A stretch of 31,874 nt of DNA, taken from contig NW_021832163.1 in assembly GCF_006345805.1 (NCBI RefSeq), positions 1 to 31,874 of the forward strand, in the 5' to 3' direction. Below are positions 1-11,445 of this stretch, in pieces. The notes under the pieces were generated by a model. It saw only the letters and a program-made list of their open reading frames with translations, had not been told where the DNA came from and made no database searches. Made by a program: the position numbers and the translations under genes. The stretch is from Octopus sinensis (lineage: Eukaryota). Position 1 is the stretch's first letter, and each line of letters begins with the position of its first letter.

Positions 1-361
1 CTTACTATTCAGTACTGTTACTACGTAGATCTCAATCAGAGATTTAAAACTAGTTGTCTTTCTCGTAACGAAATCAGCGACTGACAGTTGCTTCGATATG
101 TATACACTGTGAGTAACGTCGGCTGGCTGCTGAATCTAGACCAGACGGTTGTCCAATACTGAAGAAGAGAAATTACGCAGAAACCATTGGTTTGCCGGTA
201 CTGCCAACAGCTAGAAGGCAGTATGTCTCGGGACACAGATCATGTGTCGATAAACCAACGGGAAAAGACGTTTTCCTGGGGTTAAAAAGCAGTAACATAG
301 TCCTATTCAAGTCTGTCACATCATGTTGGCAAATAGGCTTTACTATGTATATATATTTGAG

Positions 362-654
362 AGGGCGCATGGCTTAGTGGTTAGGGTGTTGCACTCACGA
401 TGTAGCGATCGTGATTTCAATTCCTAGACCGGTTGGTGCGTTTTGCTCTTGAGAAATACATTTCATCTCTAGATGTATTGCGATCATTTCGACGCCTGAC
501 GTGTGGCACACTGTGCACCTGTTGAGAAGACGTCCTTTTTATGGAGAGAGGGAGCTAATGTGCGGCACGGACATTTGATCACCATAAACAAATCATTTGT
601 GAGGGTCGTTCGGCAAGAGCTGAATGCCCATTCGTCAACTTTGACGGAAAAGTC

Positions 655-657
<3 letters not shown>
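362..657 (+). mobile_element. tRNA-derived SINE
   Basis: Head GGCGCATGGCTTAGTGGTTAGGG (A-box like) and GTGATTTCAATTCC (B-box like), followed by a non-tRNA body ending in (AT)n; head similar to other copies in the window. Confidence 0.8.
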
Positions 658-658
<1 letters not shown>

Positions 659-685
<27 letters not shown>

Positions 686-755
686 ACGTGAAGCTTTATG
701 AAAATAAACAAAAGACGAAGGCAGGTTTACGGAAATATATATATGTATATATATG

Positions 756-813
<58 letters not shown>

Positions 814-905
814 ATAATATATATATATAGGTATCTTATATATATTATGTGTGTGTGTGTGTGTGTGTGGTGTGTGTGTGCGGTGTGTGCGTGTGTGTGT
901 GTGTA
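659..905. repeat. (AT)n and (TG)n microsatellite cluster
   Basis: Direct reading; interrupted by a short unique spacer at about 686-735. Confidence 0.95.
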
Positions 906-919
906 TAAAATAATAAATG

Positions 920-1125
920 TGCCCTTTTTAAAGCCTATGACGTATGTGTTCCCCAGCTGGACGGGACGCCAGTCCATCGCAGCATTACTCATTTTTGCCA
1001 GCTAAGTGCACTGCAGATACGTGAAATGAAGTGTTTTGCTCAAGAATACAACGCGTCGCCCGGTCCAGGAATCGAAACCACAATCTTACGACATAATGCT
1101 GACACCCTAACCACTAAGCCACGCA
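920..1125 (-). mobile_element. tRNA-derived SINE
   Basis: Reverse complement starts GTGCGTGGCTTAGTGGTTAGGG and contains GGTTTCGATTCC; body shared with 22415-22567. Confidence 0.85.
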
Positions 1126-1126
1126 C

Positions 1127-1127
<1 letters not shown>

Positions 1128-1173
<46 letters not shown>
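1128..1173. repeat. (CA)n microsatellite
   Basis: Direct reading. Confidence 0.97.
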
Positions 1174-1176
<3 letters not shown>

Positions 1177-1701
1177 GTATTAAGAGACATTGATCATAGA
1201 ACAAACATCAGATATTTGGAAGTATTCTTGTGTGAGCGGAGGAAAAAAAACCTTTTTAAAAATATTTTTAATCGATTGATATTTTATTTTATCTTAGTTT
1301 ATTTAGTCTTTTAGTAGCATGAAACGCTTTAGAATTTTTATGAATTTTCAGTCGTTTATATTTACCTTTTTAGGCCGTTCCATATATTTGTATTTTATTC
1401 GCATATATATTTTTATTTTCTGTGTTTTTATGTTTAAGTATATAAGTAAATATATGTTTAAAAACTATGGTAATATTTATATATGATCAAATGTTTGGGT
1501 GTATAAAGTCGTGTTGAGTCGAATTTGATATTTGTTCTATGATCATGTTTTTTTATCTTTGTCTCAATTACATTTGAGCACTTCTTTTTTGCAATCCTAT
1601 AAAGCCTTTTGTTTCCATAAAAAGAGACAAAAATTCTATATATATATATATATATATTATTATATATATATATTTATATAATATATATATATATATAGAT
1701 A

Positions 1702-1903
1702 TAGTCAATCCAATCATGAACAAGCAAGAAAAAACAACAACGCGAAGACGTGAAATGAGTAAAGTGTTATTGGACGCTCAGGATAGGAAAGTACAGAAAG
1801 AGGATTTTATGTTTCGAGCGGAACTCTTCGTCAGAAATATAGAAAAAGTTCATAGAAGGGAAGGCGGAGAAAGAAAATCGTCAACGAAACACACGGGGTC
1901 ACA
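1702..1903 (-). mobile_element. Putative Penelope-like element terminal (pLTR) fragment
   Basis: Unique block next to (AT)n; the minus strand carries a CTGACGA..GAAAC hammerhead-like core, a feature established for Penelope-like pLTRs. Confidence 0.5.
1804..1838 (-). ncRNA. Degenerate minimal type-I hammerhead-like motif
   Basis: Minus strand AUUU-CUGACGA-A-GAG-UUCCG-CUC-GAAA-CA-UA-AAAU: 4-bp stem I and 3-bp stem II; stem III reads ACAU, plausibly a CpG-decayed ACGU palindrome. Confidence 0.45.
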
Positions 1904-1939
1904 TATTGAAATGACCGGAAGGGAATCAAAACGAGGGGT

Positions 1940-2080
1940 TTCTTACAATTTCCGTCTACCTAATCGGAATCCGAATCTGCTCTAAAGGCTATAGCAGAAG
2001 TCAAGGGGCCAGGCCGTGGGACTGAACTCGGAAACCTGTTGTAGAGAAGCAAACTTCTTACCTCACACCCATGCCTGCGC
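1940..2080 (-). mobile_element. tRNA-derived SINE family C, 5' part
   Basis: Reverse complement GGCGCAGGCATGGGTGTGAGGTAAGAAGTTTGCTT...GAGTTCAGTCCCAC matches copies at 6455 and 24046. Confidence 0.75.
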
Positions 2081-2744
2081 CTCTCTCTCTCTCTCTCCCT
2101 CCTTCCCTCCATCTCTCTGTACACATATTCACACATATTTAAGTATTTATGTACACACATTTATACAGATGTACGTGTACATAAATATATGTGTACGTAC
2201 ATATGTATTTATTTATACTTGCATAAAGACACAGGCACAGACACACGAGCACACAAATGCACACTTGTATCAAAGACACGACTGTGTTCTATTATGTTCG
2301 GACACAGTCGTATTTTCAATATAACTAGTTTGGAAGAAAGCTGTGCCCTACATTATACATGTCTGCACACATGCGTATACACATATACACATATGTATGT
2401 ATATTCATGTACACACATATATCTATATACATATGTACACACATACATGCAGTCATACATAATTTGTATGCATTCTCGTATAAATAGTCGTAGAACTCTT
2501 TAATAAAACGAAACTTCGTTGCAATTTGAACGGATGAATATATCACGCTATATCACACCACACTCTTGTATTATGTTGCCCGTATACTAACACGATTCTT
2601 TTTATTATTTATATCCTTCAGTTCTTCATTGTATGTAATAATATATTTTTAACTAGCGCAATTTGTCAAAAATATCACGTTAACTGCACAGAGAGTGTCA
2701 TTAGACGTGTGCAATTTATTATATCTGTTTATTGTTATGAGAAA

Positions 2745-2805
2745 TCATCATCATCATCATCCTCATCATCATCATCATCATTGTGTTTATTATTATTATT
2801 ATTAT

Positions 2806-2841
<36 letters not shown>

Positions 2842-2929
2842 CTGTTATAGTAGTACTAGTGTCGTTATCATCACTATTGTTATTATTATTATTGTTGTTG
2901 TTGTTTTTGTTGTAGTTGTTGTTATTGTT

Positions 2930-2961
<32 letters not shown>

Positions 2962-3164
2962 AATCATTATTATTATATTTTTATAGCTATTACTATTATG
3001 ATCGTCACCAGCACTATCATCATCATCATCATCAACATCATCAACATCATCATCATTATTCCATTTTATTATTTACATTATTTCATTTAACACTTTTTCA
3101 AGATGTCATGCTGATAAAAAAGAAAGCACAATGGAATAAATAAATAAATAAATAAATAAATAAG

Positions 3165-3231
<67 letters not shown>

Positions 3232-3241
3232 TAATAATAAT
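2745..3241. repeat. Compound (CAT)/(TAT)/(TAG)/(TTG)/(TAAA)/(TAA) microsatellites
   Basis: Direct reading. Confidence 0.95.
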
Positions 3242-3686
3242 TTTTTTCCTATTATTTTCGTAACACTAAGAGTGTCACAACATGGAATTCTCTTCCTTGG
3301 ATTTCGTATTCTTTCTTAATGACTAACTTCTAAACCGCAGCGCGTAAAAAACATAATTTGTGTTGTGACAAAGTCAAGTCTTCAATTGATGGTATTGTGA
3401 GAGCAACAATTGGCTAATTTGAACAGCTGAATAAAAACTCAACTTACAGCGGTCACTCCTGTCAAACTCTGGCAGATGATGGAATTTCGGCGTAAGATCA
3501 AAGGTAAACCACAATATAATTCTTTCTTTATAGAGTTCCTTATTTCATTCTATCTTCTTTACATTCGTACCCTTTTTTTATGTATATATATATAATTTTT
3601 TTTTTATTTGTTTCTTTGGAGCTTTCTCTCAGTCTTCATTCCTTTCTCTTCTTGTCTTTTCTTTCTTCTTTATTTTAACTTATCTT

Positions 3687-3930
<244 letters not shown>

Positions 3931-4121
3931 ATGTTTTTATTTGTTGATCTGTCTGTCTATCCATCGTTATACTTTTCTTTCTTTCATTCTTTCATTCTTT
4001 TTCTTTTTTTGTTCTTTCTTACCCCATTCCTTTCCTTATTTCCTTCGTTCCCATTCTTCCCAACCGTACGCTATATACAACACCGTCATTCTTTGATTTT
4101 AGAAATGTCAAAATTCTATGA

Positions 4122-4325
4122 TTAAAGTTCCAGATATTTAGGCTCACAAGTTGTCATGTTAAAGAGTTGCAGTTGTCTGCGTCGATAAAATTTGGGACTA
4201 CGAGCCGAATGGTTGATAGTTCGTATCTCGTTGTCACTTGATATTGCTAAGAACCCATAAAAAAGTAAAACAAAAGAATTTGTCAACCTTGTCCACCATA
4301 TTGTACGCATAAGACAACTGAAAGT
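4122..4325 (+). pseudogene. Highly decayed RTE-like LINE RT/thumb remnant
   Basis: Fragmentary translations RYLGSQV and TLSTILYA*DN resemble the RTE motifs FxYLGS and LxTLLYxSETW; many disruptions. Confidence 0.35.
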
Positions 4326-4379
4326 AAACACTGGAAAAATGACGAGCGTTTCATTAAATGGCATAGAATCCGTTTATTA

Positions 4380-4615
4380 CTATTTCTTTATCGCCCACAG
4401 GGGGCTAAACATAGAGGGGACAAACAAGGACAGAAAAAAAGGGATTAAGTCGATTACATCGCCCCCAGTGCGTAACTGGTACTTAATTTATCGACCCCGA
4501 AAGTATGAAAGGCAAAGTCGACCTCGGCGGAATTTGAACTCAGAACGTAACGGCAGACGAAATACGGCTAAGCATTTCGCCCGGCGTGCTAACGTTTCTG
4601 GCAGCTCACCGCTTT
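4380..4615 (-). mobile_element. tRNA-derived SINE family A, full length with 19-bp TSD
   Basis: Near-identical to 5999-6235 and 12801-13035; TSD GCATAGAAT(C/T)CGTTTATTA at 4361-4379 and 4616-4634. Confidence 0.92.
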
Positions 4616-4737
4616 GCATAGAATTCGTTTATTAGTATAAAGTTAGAGTAGAAAAATTAGGACTTAACACACATATATGTTTGTTCTTCCGTAAGTATGC
4701 ACGTTTGCGCACGCATGCACACATACACGCACATATA

Positions 4738-5063
4738 CTGGTGCTCCGTCGGTTACGACGACGGGGTTTCCGGTTGATCCAATCGCCGGAACAGCCTGCT
4801 CGTGAAATTAACGTGGCTGAACACTCCACAGATACGCGTACCCTTAACGTAGATCTCAGGGAGATTCAGTGTGATACAGAATAACAAGGCTGCCCTTTGA
4901 AATACAGGAATTACTCGTACTATTCACTTTTGCCGGCTCAGTGGACTGGAGCAACTTGAAATAAAGTGTCTTGTCTAAAGGACACAATACTCCGCCAGGA
5001 ATCGAACTCAGAACCTTAAGATCGTGAGCCAAATGCCCTCACCACTAAGCCACACGCCTTCAC
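4738..5063 (-). mobile_element. tRNA-derived SINE family D, full length
   Basis: Reverse complement head AGGCGTGTGGCTTAGTGG...GAGTTCGATTCC; tail shared with 14729-14957 and 23305-23514. Confidence 0.88.
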
Positions 5064-5204
5064 TCGCACATATACACGCACATATCCACACACACACACA
5101 CACACCACACACACACACACACACATAATATATAATTATATATATATAATATATATATATATATATCTATGTATTCAGCCAAATTTGAATGAGGGGAAAA
5201 GTTC

Positions 5205-5580
5205 AGAGAGCTAACAACAATGAGGGTTAGTTGACATTGACGCTTCTACATTCGAAATGAAATGCTCGACAGGGTACGTATATCGTAGACCAAAGGGTTT
5301 CTCAAGGTCGAGCAGCTACTTCTTTGCATCGGCAGGTCACAGCTCCGGTACGACGAGTACGTGAGTAGAATACCGCAAGAAAGAGTCGTAAAATAAATTC
5401 TTGAACCAAGTTAACCGACAGGAGTTCAAGGGGTAGACTACAAGCGAGGTGGCTGGATATTCTCCGTAGTTATTATTGGCCACGGTTAGGAATCCACCAG
5501 GAAACTATAAGGAAGGTTTCTGCCTAAGGACTGTACCTTCCACGACCTTCTCATGAATAGCGGGCACCAAAGATGCATGG
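5205..5580 (+). pseudogene. RTE-clade LINE 3' fragment (decayed ORF C-terminus)
   Basis: Frameshifted translation FEMKC / MLDRVR / LKVEQLLLCIGRSQLRYDEYVSRIPQERVVK*ILE / RLQARWLD..PRLGI matches the RTE C-terminal pattern QLRWxGHVxRMPxxRxxKxIL..RGRPRxRWxD. Confidence 0.7.
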
Positions 5581-5998
5581 TTGCATTGATAATGCTTGGA
5601 AGTGAATCATGAACATTAGTTGCGAAAAATATGCCGTAGCTAGACACTTGTACACGCGTCGGCATTCTACCAGGATGGGTTGAGCCGGCTTCGACCAAGT
5701 AGTTCTCGGCGTCCCTCACAAATGTTAACTACATGCGACGGCCGGTCGCAGTAGAGGTTATCCAAAGCCTCAATTTTCTTGCAGGTAAAATAATGATTTA
5801 GCCTGCGGCCCAAAAGACCAGCTTCCGATTTTAACAAATGCCCCACTCGAAGAGCAAGCGCGTCGGACAGCGTGGGCGCCATAACTACGTTCGTCGTACG
5901 CTGTTGAGATGTTGAGTTCACGTTCGGAGTTTCAGTACCTATTTAGAAAGGAAGCGATCATACTCTGCTGGCTATGCGATGGTATAGATAGGGTGACA

Positions 5999-6235
5999 AG
6001 GCGGCGAGCTGGCAGAAACGTTAGCACGTCGGGCGAAATGCTTAGCGGTGTTTCGTCTGCCGCTACATTCTGAGTTCAAATTCCGCCGAGGTCGACTTTG
6101 CCTTTCATCCTTTCGGGGTCGATTAAATAAGTACCAGTTACGCGCTGGGGTCGATATAATCGACTTAATCCGTTTGTCTGTCCTTGTTTGTCCTCTCTGT
6201 GTTTAGCCCCTTGTGGGTAGTAAAGAAATAGGTAT
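5999..6235 (+). mobile_element. tRNA-derived SINE family A, full length with about 21-bp TSD
   Basis: Head GGCGGCGAGCTGGCAGAAACG, B-box-like GAGTTCAAATTCC; perfect direct repeat GGTATAGATAGGGTGACAAGG at 5981-6001 and 6231-6251. Confidence 0.95.
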
Positions 6236-6454
6236 AGATAGGGTGACAAGGAAATGAGTATAAGAAGAACCAGTTATAAAGTATAAGAAAAATGGCTTCT
6301 TGTGTGGTGTTCCACATCAAATAATGTTTTTCCGAGTACAACAAATATCTGCATCATTAATATGTATATGTATGTATATACATGCATACATAATTCATAC
6401 ATACATTCATACATACATACATACATAAATACATAAATACATACATACATATGG

Positions 6455-6923
6455 TGGGGGTGGGGGCTAAGAGGTTTGCTTCCCAACCACATGATTCCGG
6501 GTTCAGTCCCACTTCGTGGTACACTGGGAAAGTGTCTTCTACTATAGCTTCGGTATCACCAAAGCCTTCTCAGAGGATTTGATAGACAGAAACTGAAAGA
6601 ATCCTGCCGTCTGTCTGTCTGTCTGTCTATATGTGTATGTGTGTATGCGAGTGTGTGTGTGTACGAGTGTGTGCACGAGTGTGTATGTGTGCGAGTGTGT
6701 GTGTGTGTATATGTGTGCGCCTGTGTCCTCCCCTAACACCACTTGAGAACTTGTATTGGTGTCTCTATGTGCCCATTACTTAGCGGTTCGGCAAAAGCGA
6801 CAGATAGAGTAAGTAAATGGATTAGATAAAAAGTATTGGGATCGACTCATTGAACTAAAAATCCTCAAGGCGGTGCCCCAGTATGACCATAGTCGAATGA
6901 CTGATAAAAGTAAAAGCTAAAAG

Positions 6924-6925
<2 letters not shown>
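6455..6925 (+). mobile_element. tRNA-derived SINE family C with internal (TG)n expansion
   Basis: GGGTTCAGTCCCAC B-box region, body and tail collinear with 24046-24415. Confidence 0.85.
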
Positions 6926-7017
<92 letters not shown>

Positions 7018-7044
7018 ATTATATATATATATTTATATTAATAT

Positions 7045-7081
<37 letters not shown>

Positions 7082-7220
7082 TAATTTATATATATATACA
7101 CACACATATGTATATTTATATATACACACACATATATATATATATTTATATATTTATTTTTATACATGTGTGTATGTATGTATGTATGTATGTATGCATG
7201 TGTGTGTGTATGTATGTATA
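6925..7220. repeat. (AT)n and (TATG)n microsatellite
   Basis: Direct reading. Confidence 0.95.
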
Positions 7221-7275
7221 TTCGAGTGTGTGAACAAACGAATGAAGGGCTCTCAACCAATTTATTGGGAGTTCC

Positions 7276-7448
7276 ATGTATGGATCAAAACATTTTGATT
7301 CAAATTCGTTGGTACTCTTGAGTTTCAAGCGTGATGCTAGTCGTCAGCCATTTTGAATTTGAAATTTAATGGATTTGAATTTCAAATTCAAAATGGCTGA
7401 ACTCAAAAGCACCAACGAATTTGAATCAAAATGTTTTGATTCATATAT
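7276..7448. repeat. Fold-back inverted repeat (hairpin or MITE-like)
   Basis: 7276-7324 pairs with 7400-7448 and 7344-7367 pairs with 7377-7400; about 9-nt loop and about 19-nt bulge in the left arm. Confidence 0.9.
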
Positions 7449-7479
7449 CTATACGCACATGTGTGTGTGTGTTGTGTGC

Positions 7480-7635
<156 letters not shown>

Positions 7636-8424
7636 CACGACGATAGAAGGACAACATAAAAATTCAGTATCCTACATTTTGTTATCTGCTGTCTTGATGG
7701 AATAAACAAACGTGTATTCCACCTAAAAACAACGTTGAAAAATTACTCGAGGCAATATATTGATGTGGAAAGAAATATATATAAAAAAGAAAAAAGTAAC
7801 CAGTACAAAAGAAAAGTGGGAAGAAGAAGGAAATACAAAATTCCTATAGAAATTCTCAAGTTGTTTTCCATCTGGTGAAGATGACACTTTCTCTGTTCAC
7901 TTTTTAGAAGGACGAAGCTTAAGGAACAAAAAAAAAAAAAGGAAAACCCGAATCAACTTAACTTGTCTTTTATATTTTACTTGGTGGTTGGTTCGTCACA
8001 GCTCGCAACCATACGACGTAAGTGACGATCCGGAGCATAGTTTTGTCTTACGATCTAAAGAGTGGTGGTTCCTGTGCTATTCTACTAGAACTCCATTAAT
8101 CATAACTAATAACGTTTCTAAAATGAGATAGATTCTTGCGGCGTGAGAACAGGGTTCTGACATTCCATAAAGGATCCTGAGTGTTCAAGAAAGGAGATAC
8201 GCGGTAGAGGCATAAGACAGATAACTGACAGCATAGAAAGTGTTAACAAAATCTAACTGATCAAATATGAATAGAAAGTTCAGCCCATGCTGAGCAAAAA
8301 TACGATCAAAGGCGCTACATTTTTTTTTTTTAATCATTGAGCCGTTTGTAAAATTACATTAAATGTGTCTGTTTCTTTTTTAAAGCGACGGGACACAGTT
8401 TGTATTAGTAATTCTTGTCTTTAC

Positions 8425-8730
8425 TGGTAGCGGTATTCACTCAGAAGGGGTTCAGCTGGCTCTTACTGAGTTCACCGCATCACGGTCAAGGCGTCACGCA
8501 TGTCTGTCGGCGGCCAATTCTGCAGCGTGTTGAAGTCATTCCCGATTCCAACAACGAACGCCAAACACTCGAGGAGTCGCCAACGACTCGAGGATCGCCA
8601 AAGACTCGAGGATTGTTGTGAGCCACGTCTTCAGCTGACCACCTCTCTGCTTACACCAACCTGGCGGTGGGTGGCTGGGTGGGATCTGGTGTTATTGCCT
8701 TCTGGTTGAGTTCGTCATTGGGTCGCCGCA
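8425..8730 (-). mobile_element. Putative solo LTR of an LTR retrotransposon
   Basis: GC/CpG-rich 306-bp block bounded by TG...CA with weak inverted termini (TGGTAGCG / CGCCGCA); internal threefold ACTCGAGGA repeat at about 8567-8612; no TSD found; strand tentative. Confidence 0.4.
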
Positions 8731-9134
8731 ATGTGTGACCAAATCACCCCAGTTTCCTTGTCAGAAGCATCTCCCCAAGAGGTAAGAGACTGCAGCGAGT
8801 GTGAAGTTGGTTCGAAACGCAGTCGTTCGAATCAGTAATTAGGAATAGTTATTGTTCCATTGGAGTACTAAGCTGTGGGGACGACATATCCCTCGCAAAC
8901 CTTTCTTCTGTACAAAATGTAGTAAACTTCAATTATTCAAATTTTCATTGCTGCTATTGTTGTTGTTGTTGCTGCTGCTGTTAGTTTTACTCCACATGAA
9001 TCCTGATGAAACGGATCTACGATCAAAGCCAATCTTGAGAGACAGTGCTTAAGTAGATTTTGTCACTGTTTCTTGTAAATTGATTGAGCACGTAAAGGCT
9101 CTCTCATTGGTTTGTTATAATCTTAATTATCGTT

Positions 9135-9335
9135 AGCTGTTGTTGTTTTGCCTCTCAACAGCTTCGATTGAATATCTTTAAAGGTGTTCCAGTTCCGTCC
9201 TGTAATTTTGTGGGTTTCGAAAACTACATAGTATAATGTACTCCCGTTCGTTTTTTTTTTTTTATATAAGCCTCTGAGCTATGGTTAGACAACATTGACT
9301 TCTATTTCTAGCAAATAGAGTGACCACATAAAGCA
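9135..9335 (-). mobile_element. Dispersed repeat family F, degenerate copy
   Basis: Reverse complement GTGGTCACTCTATTTGCTAGAAATAG is similar to the 9645 copy and to the start of the 90-bp array unit. Confidence 0.55.
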
Positions 9336-9639
9336 AGATGCTATCAACCAACCACTTTACGCAGTTTGTTAGCAGTAAGACGTTAAAATATGGTAATAAC
9401 ATGGTTTCACTTTAAACATAGATAACAAGGAACAGAACCGCGAAGAAAATCATAAGGATTTTGTCATATTTATTTAACGAAAAACTTGTGTTGGTGTCTG
9501 AGTCCCATATGCTTCTCATACCCAGAGGAGTACGAGAACAGCTTTTGTTAAAGCATCTATACCATAAAAGTTTCTTCAACTACTTCACGTTGACTTATTC
9601 TTACCCAATTCACGATGATTAAACCCTTCAAGGAAGGAG

Positions 9640-9850
9640 CCCCTATGTGGTCCTTAGAGTTGTTAGAAAGAGCAGTCACACGCTTGCAAATTTCACCCGA
9701 CTGCTCGAAACGTACATGACATTAAATACCGAAGCCCTAGAAATCACTCAATAAATGGAATGACCACGGGGAATTACTTTACTTTTGAGCATCGATCTGT
9801 TCGGTGAGGGCAGACCTCAGGCTTAATAACAACATCGACAATAACATTAA
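9640..9850 (+). mobile_element. Dispersed repeat family F copy
   Basis: TAGAAAGAGCAGTCA...CAAATTTCACCC followed by a tail ending GACCTCAGGCTTAATAACAAC; collinear with 12285-12465 (minus). Confidence 0.6.
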
Positions 9851-10244
9851 CACCAACAACTTCAAACATGTCCAAACAAGCATGATGAAATAGCAACCTA
9901 AACACTTTCGCCAGATTCGATCTGTAAAACGTCCAGAACCACCAGGGAATCAAATACGACACCACTAAAGTGGAAACGTATGTTTACAAATATAATTGTG
10001 TTTAATTATGATAAAGCAAATTCCTTTGAAAGTTGAATCTCTTTCATTAACAACTTTATAGAAGTATCTTTAATGTACCAATCAACCTTGGTCTCTAGCC
10101 AAGTGTCATCATATCAAATAATTCTGTTATATTGACATTTCATATTTAATTAGATTCCCATATAATAGCTTGAGGTCATGACCAATTCTTTGAACTTTGA
10201 TTAATTTCAAACGAAATTACACAAATACACGATTTCACAAAAGC

Positions 10245-10400
10245 GCTGGCATATCTGTGTGGTTAATAATACGCTTGTTTTTGTAACCAGGGGGCGTTTA
10301 GACTGCGGCCTTGAACCCAGTGGGTAAATATGTTTATTCTGTAGTAGCCTCAAGTTTACCAACGATTTATAGACGGAGACTGTATGGAAACTTGTGCTGT
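10245..10400 (+). mobile_element. SINE family C, degenerate fragment followed by (GT)n to about 10505
   Basis: CTGTGTGGTTAA head and AGACGGAGACTG end match family C. Confidence 0.5.
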
Positions 10401-10448
10401 ATGTATGTTTATGAATATATGTGAATGTATGATCGTGTGTGTGTGCGT

Positions 10449-10509
<61 letters not shown>

Positions 10510-10914
10510 AAGGGAGAGACCCTGTGAGTATACTGGAGATAGAGGAGTGTTGAGCTTCAGACCTTTAAATCAAAGTTACTTTGATTTTATCGAACTCTCT
10601 TGAGGTCGATAAAATAAATACCTCTGCGTGTGTGTGTGTGTGTGTTTATATATATATATATATATATATGTACACGTACACACACACGCACATACACACG
10701 CATACACACAGTATATTTAAAAGTCTTTGTGAAAATTATTTGATACAGTTTTGCCAAGTATAAAGAAGATTTCTTTAAAAAAATATATTTTTCAAAAAAG
10801 TAAATTCTTTATCAGAACGTCACTAAACTATTTGGAAGAAGTTTCTATCTAGTGCATGTGAGCGCTTTTGATTATCTTTTCAAACACACGCATTCTTGAG
10901 ATATATATTTATAT

Positions 10915-11045
10915 ACCAGTTTCCGCTTATCAAATCCATTCATAAGGCTGTGGTCGGCCCGAAACTATAGAAGACAATCGGCCATGCTGCCATGCAGTGT
11001 GGACTGAACCAGGAAGCATACTTTTTACCACACAGCCATGGCTCA
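10915..11045 (-). mobile_element. SINE family C fragment
   Basis: CAGTTTCCGCTTATCAAATCCATTCATAAGGCT...CCACACAGCCATG is the reverse complement of the family C 5' half. Confidence 0.7.
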
Positions 11046-11304
11046 ATAAAGGGTGCCCACGTCAGATGAGAGGGCGGAAGCAAGATATCTGTCGCAAACC
11101 AAGAGCTTGTTCTGAATGCTTGTACAGAGTAGGCTTAGCTAAAAGTATTCAAGGTGACTGATGGTGATGTGAAAGCGATCAATGGGTCAAGTCTGCAACC
11201 CATAGGTAGCCCATAAAGCGATCTGAACGAGAAACATAATGAGCTGCAACAAACGCCGGCGTTCATGCAGTTATTCCAATCTCCTGCCTTGATTTTCTTT
11301 TGAA

Positions 11305-11445
11305 TTTATTAATTTTTTTTTTTACCTTGAAAGGATGAAAGACAAAGTGAGATTTGGTGAGATTTGGACAGAGAGAGCAAAGAATCGGAACAAATATCGC
11401 GAAGTTTTCTTTCCCATTTGCTAATGACCTTAGCAGTTCGTCTCC
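11305..11445 (-). mobile_element. Old SINE family A-related copy
   Basis: GAAAGGATGAAAGACAAAGT matches GAAAGGATGAAAGGCAAAGT of family A; remainder diverged. Confidence 0.65.

Noticed and set aside
1-330. Coding exon or LINE RT remnant (minus-strand LLFNPRKT)
   Set aside because: A single short motif with stops nearby; insufficient support.
4339-4635. Recurrent ORFs containing RNWYL..RQSRPRRNLNSER (also 12751-12960 and 15087-15517)
   Set aside because: Antisense translations of SINE family A.
9002-9012. CTGATGA-AACG hammerhead-like core
   Set aside because: No stem II; it lies in a degenerate family F tail.
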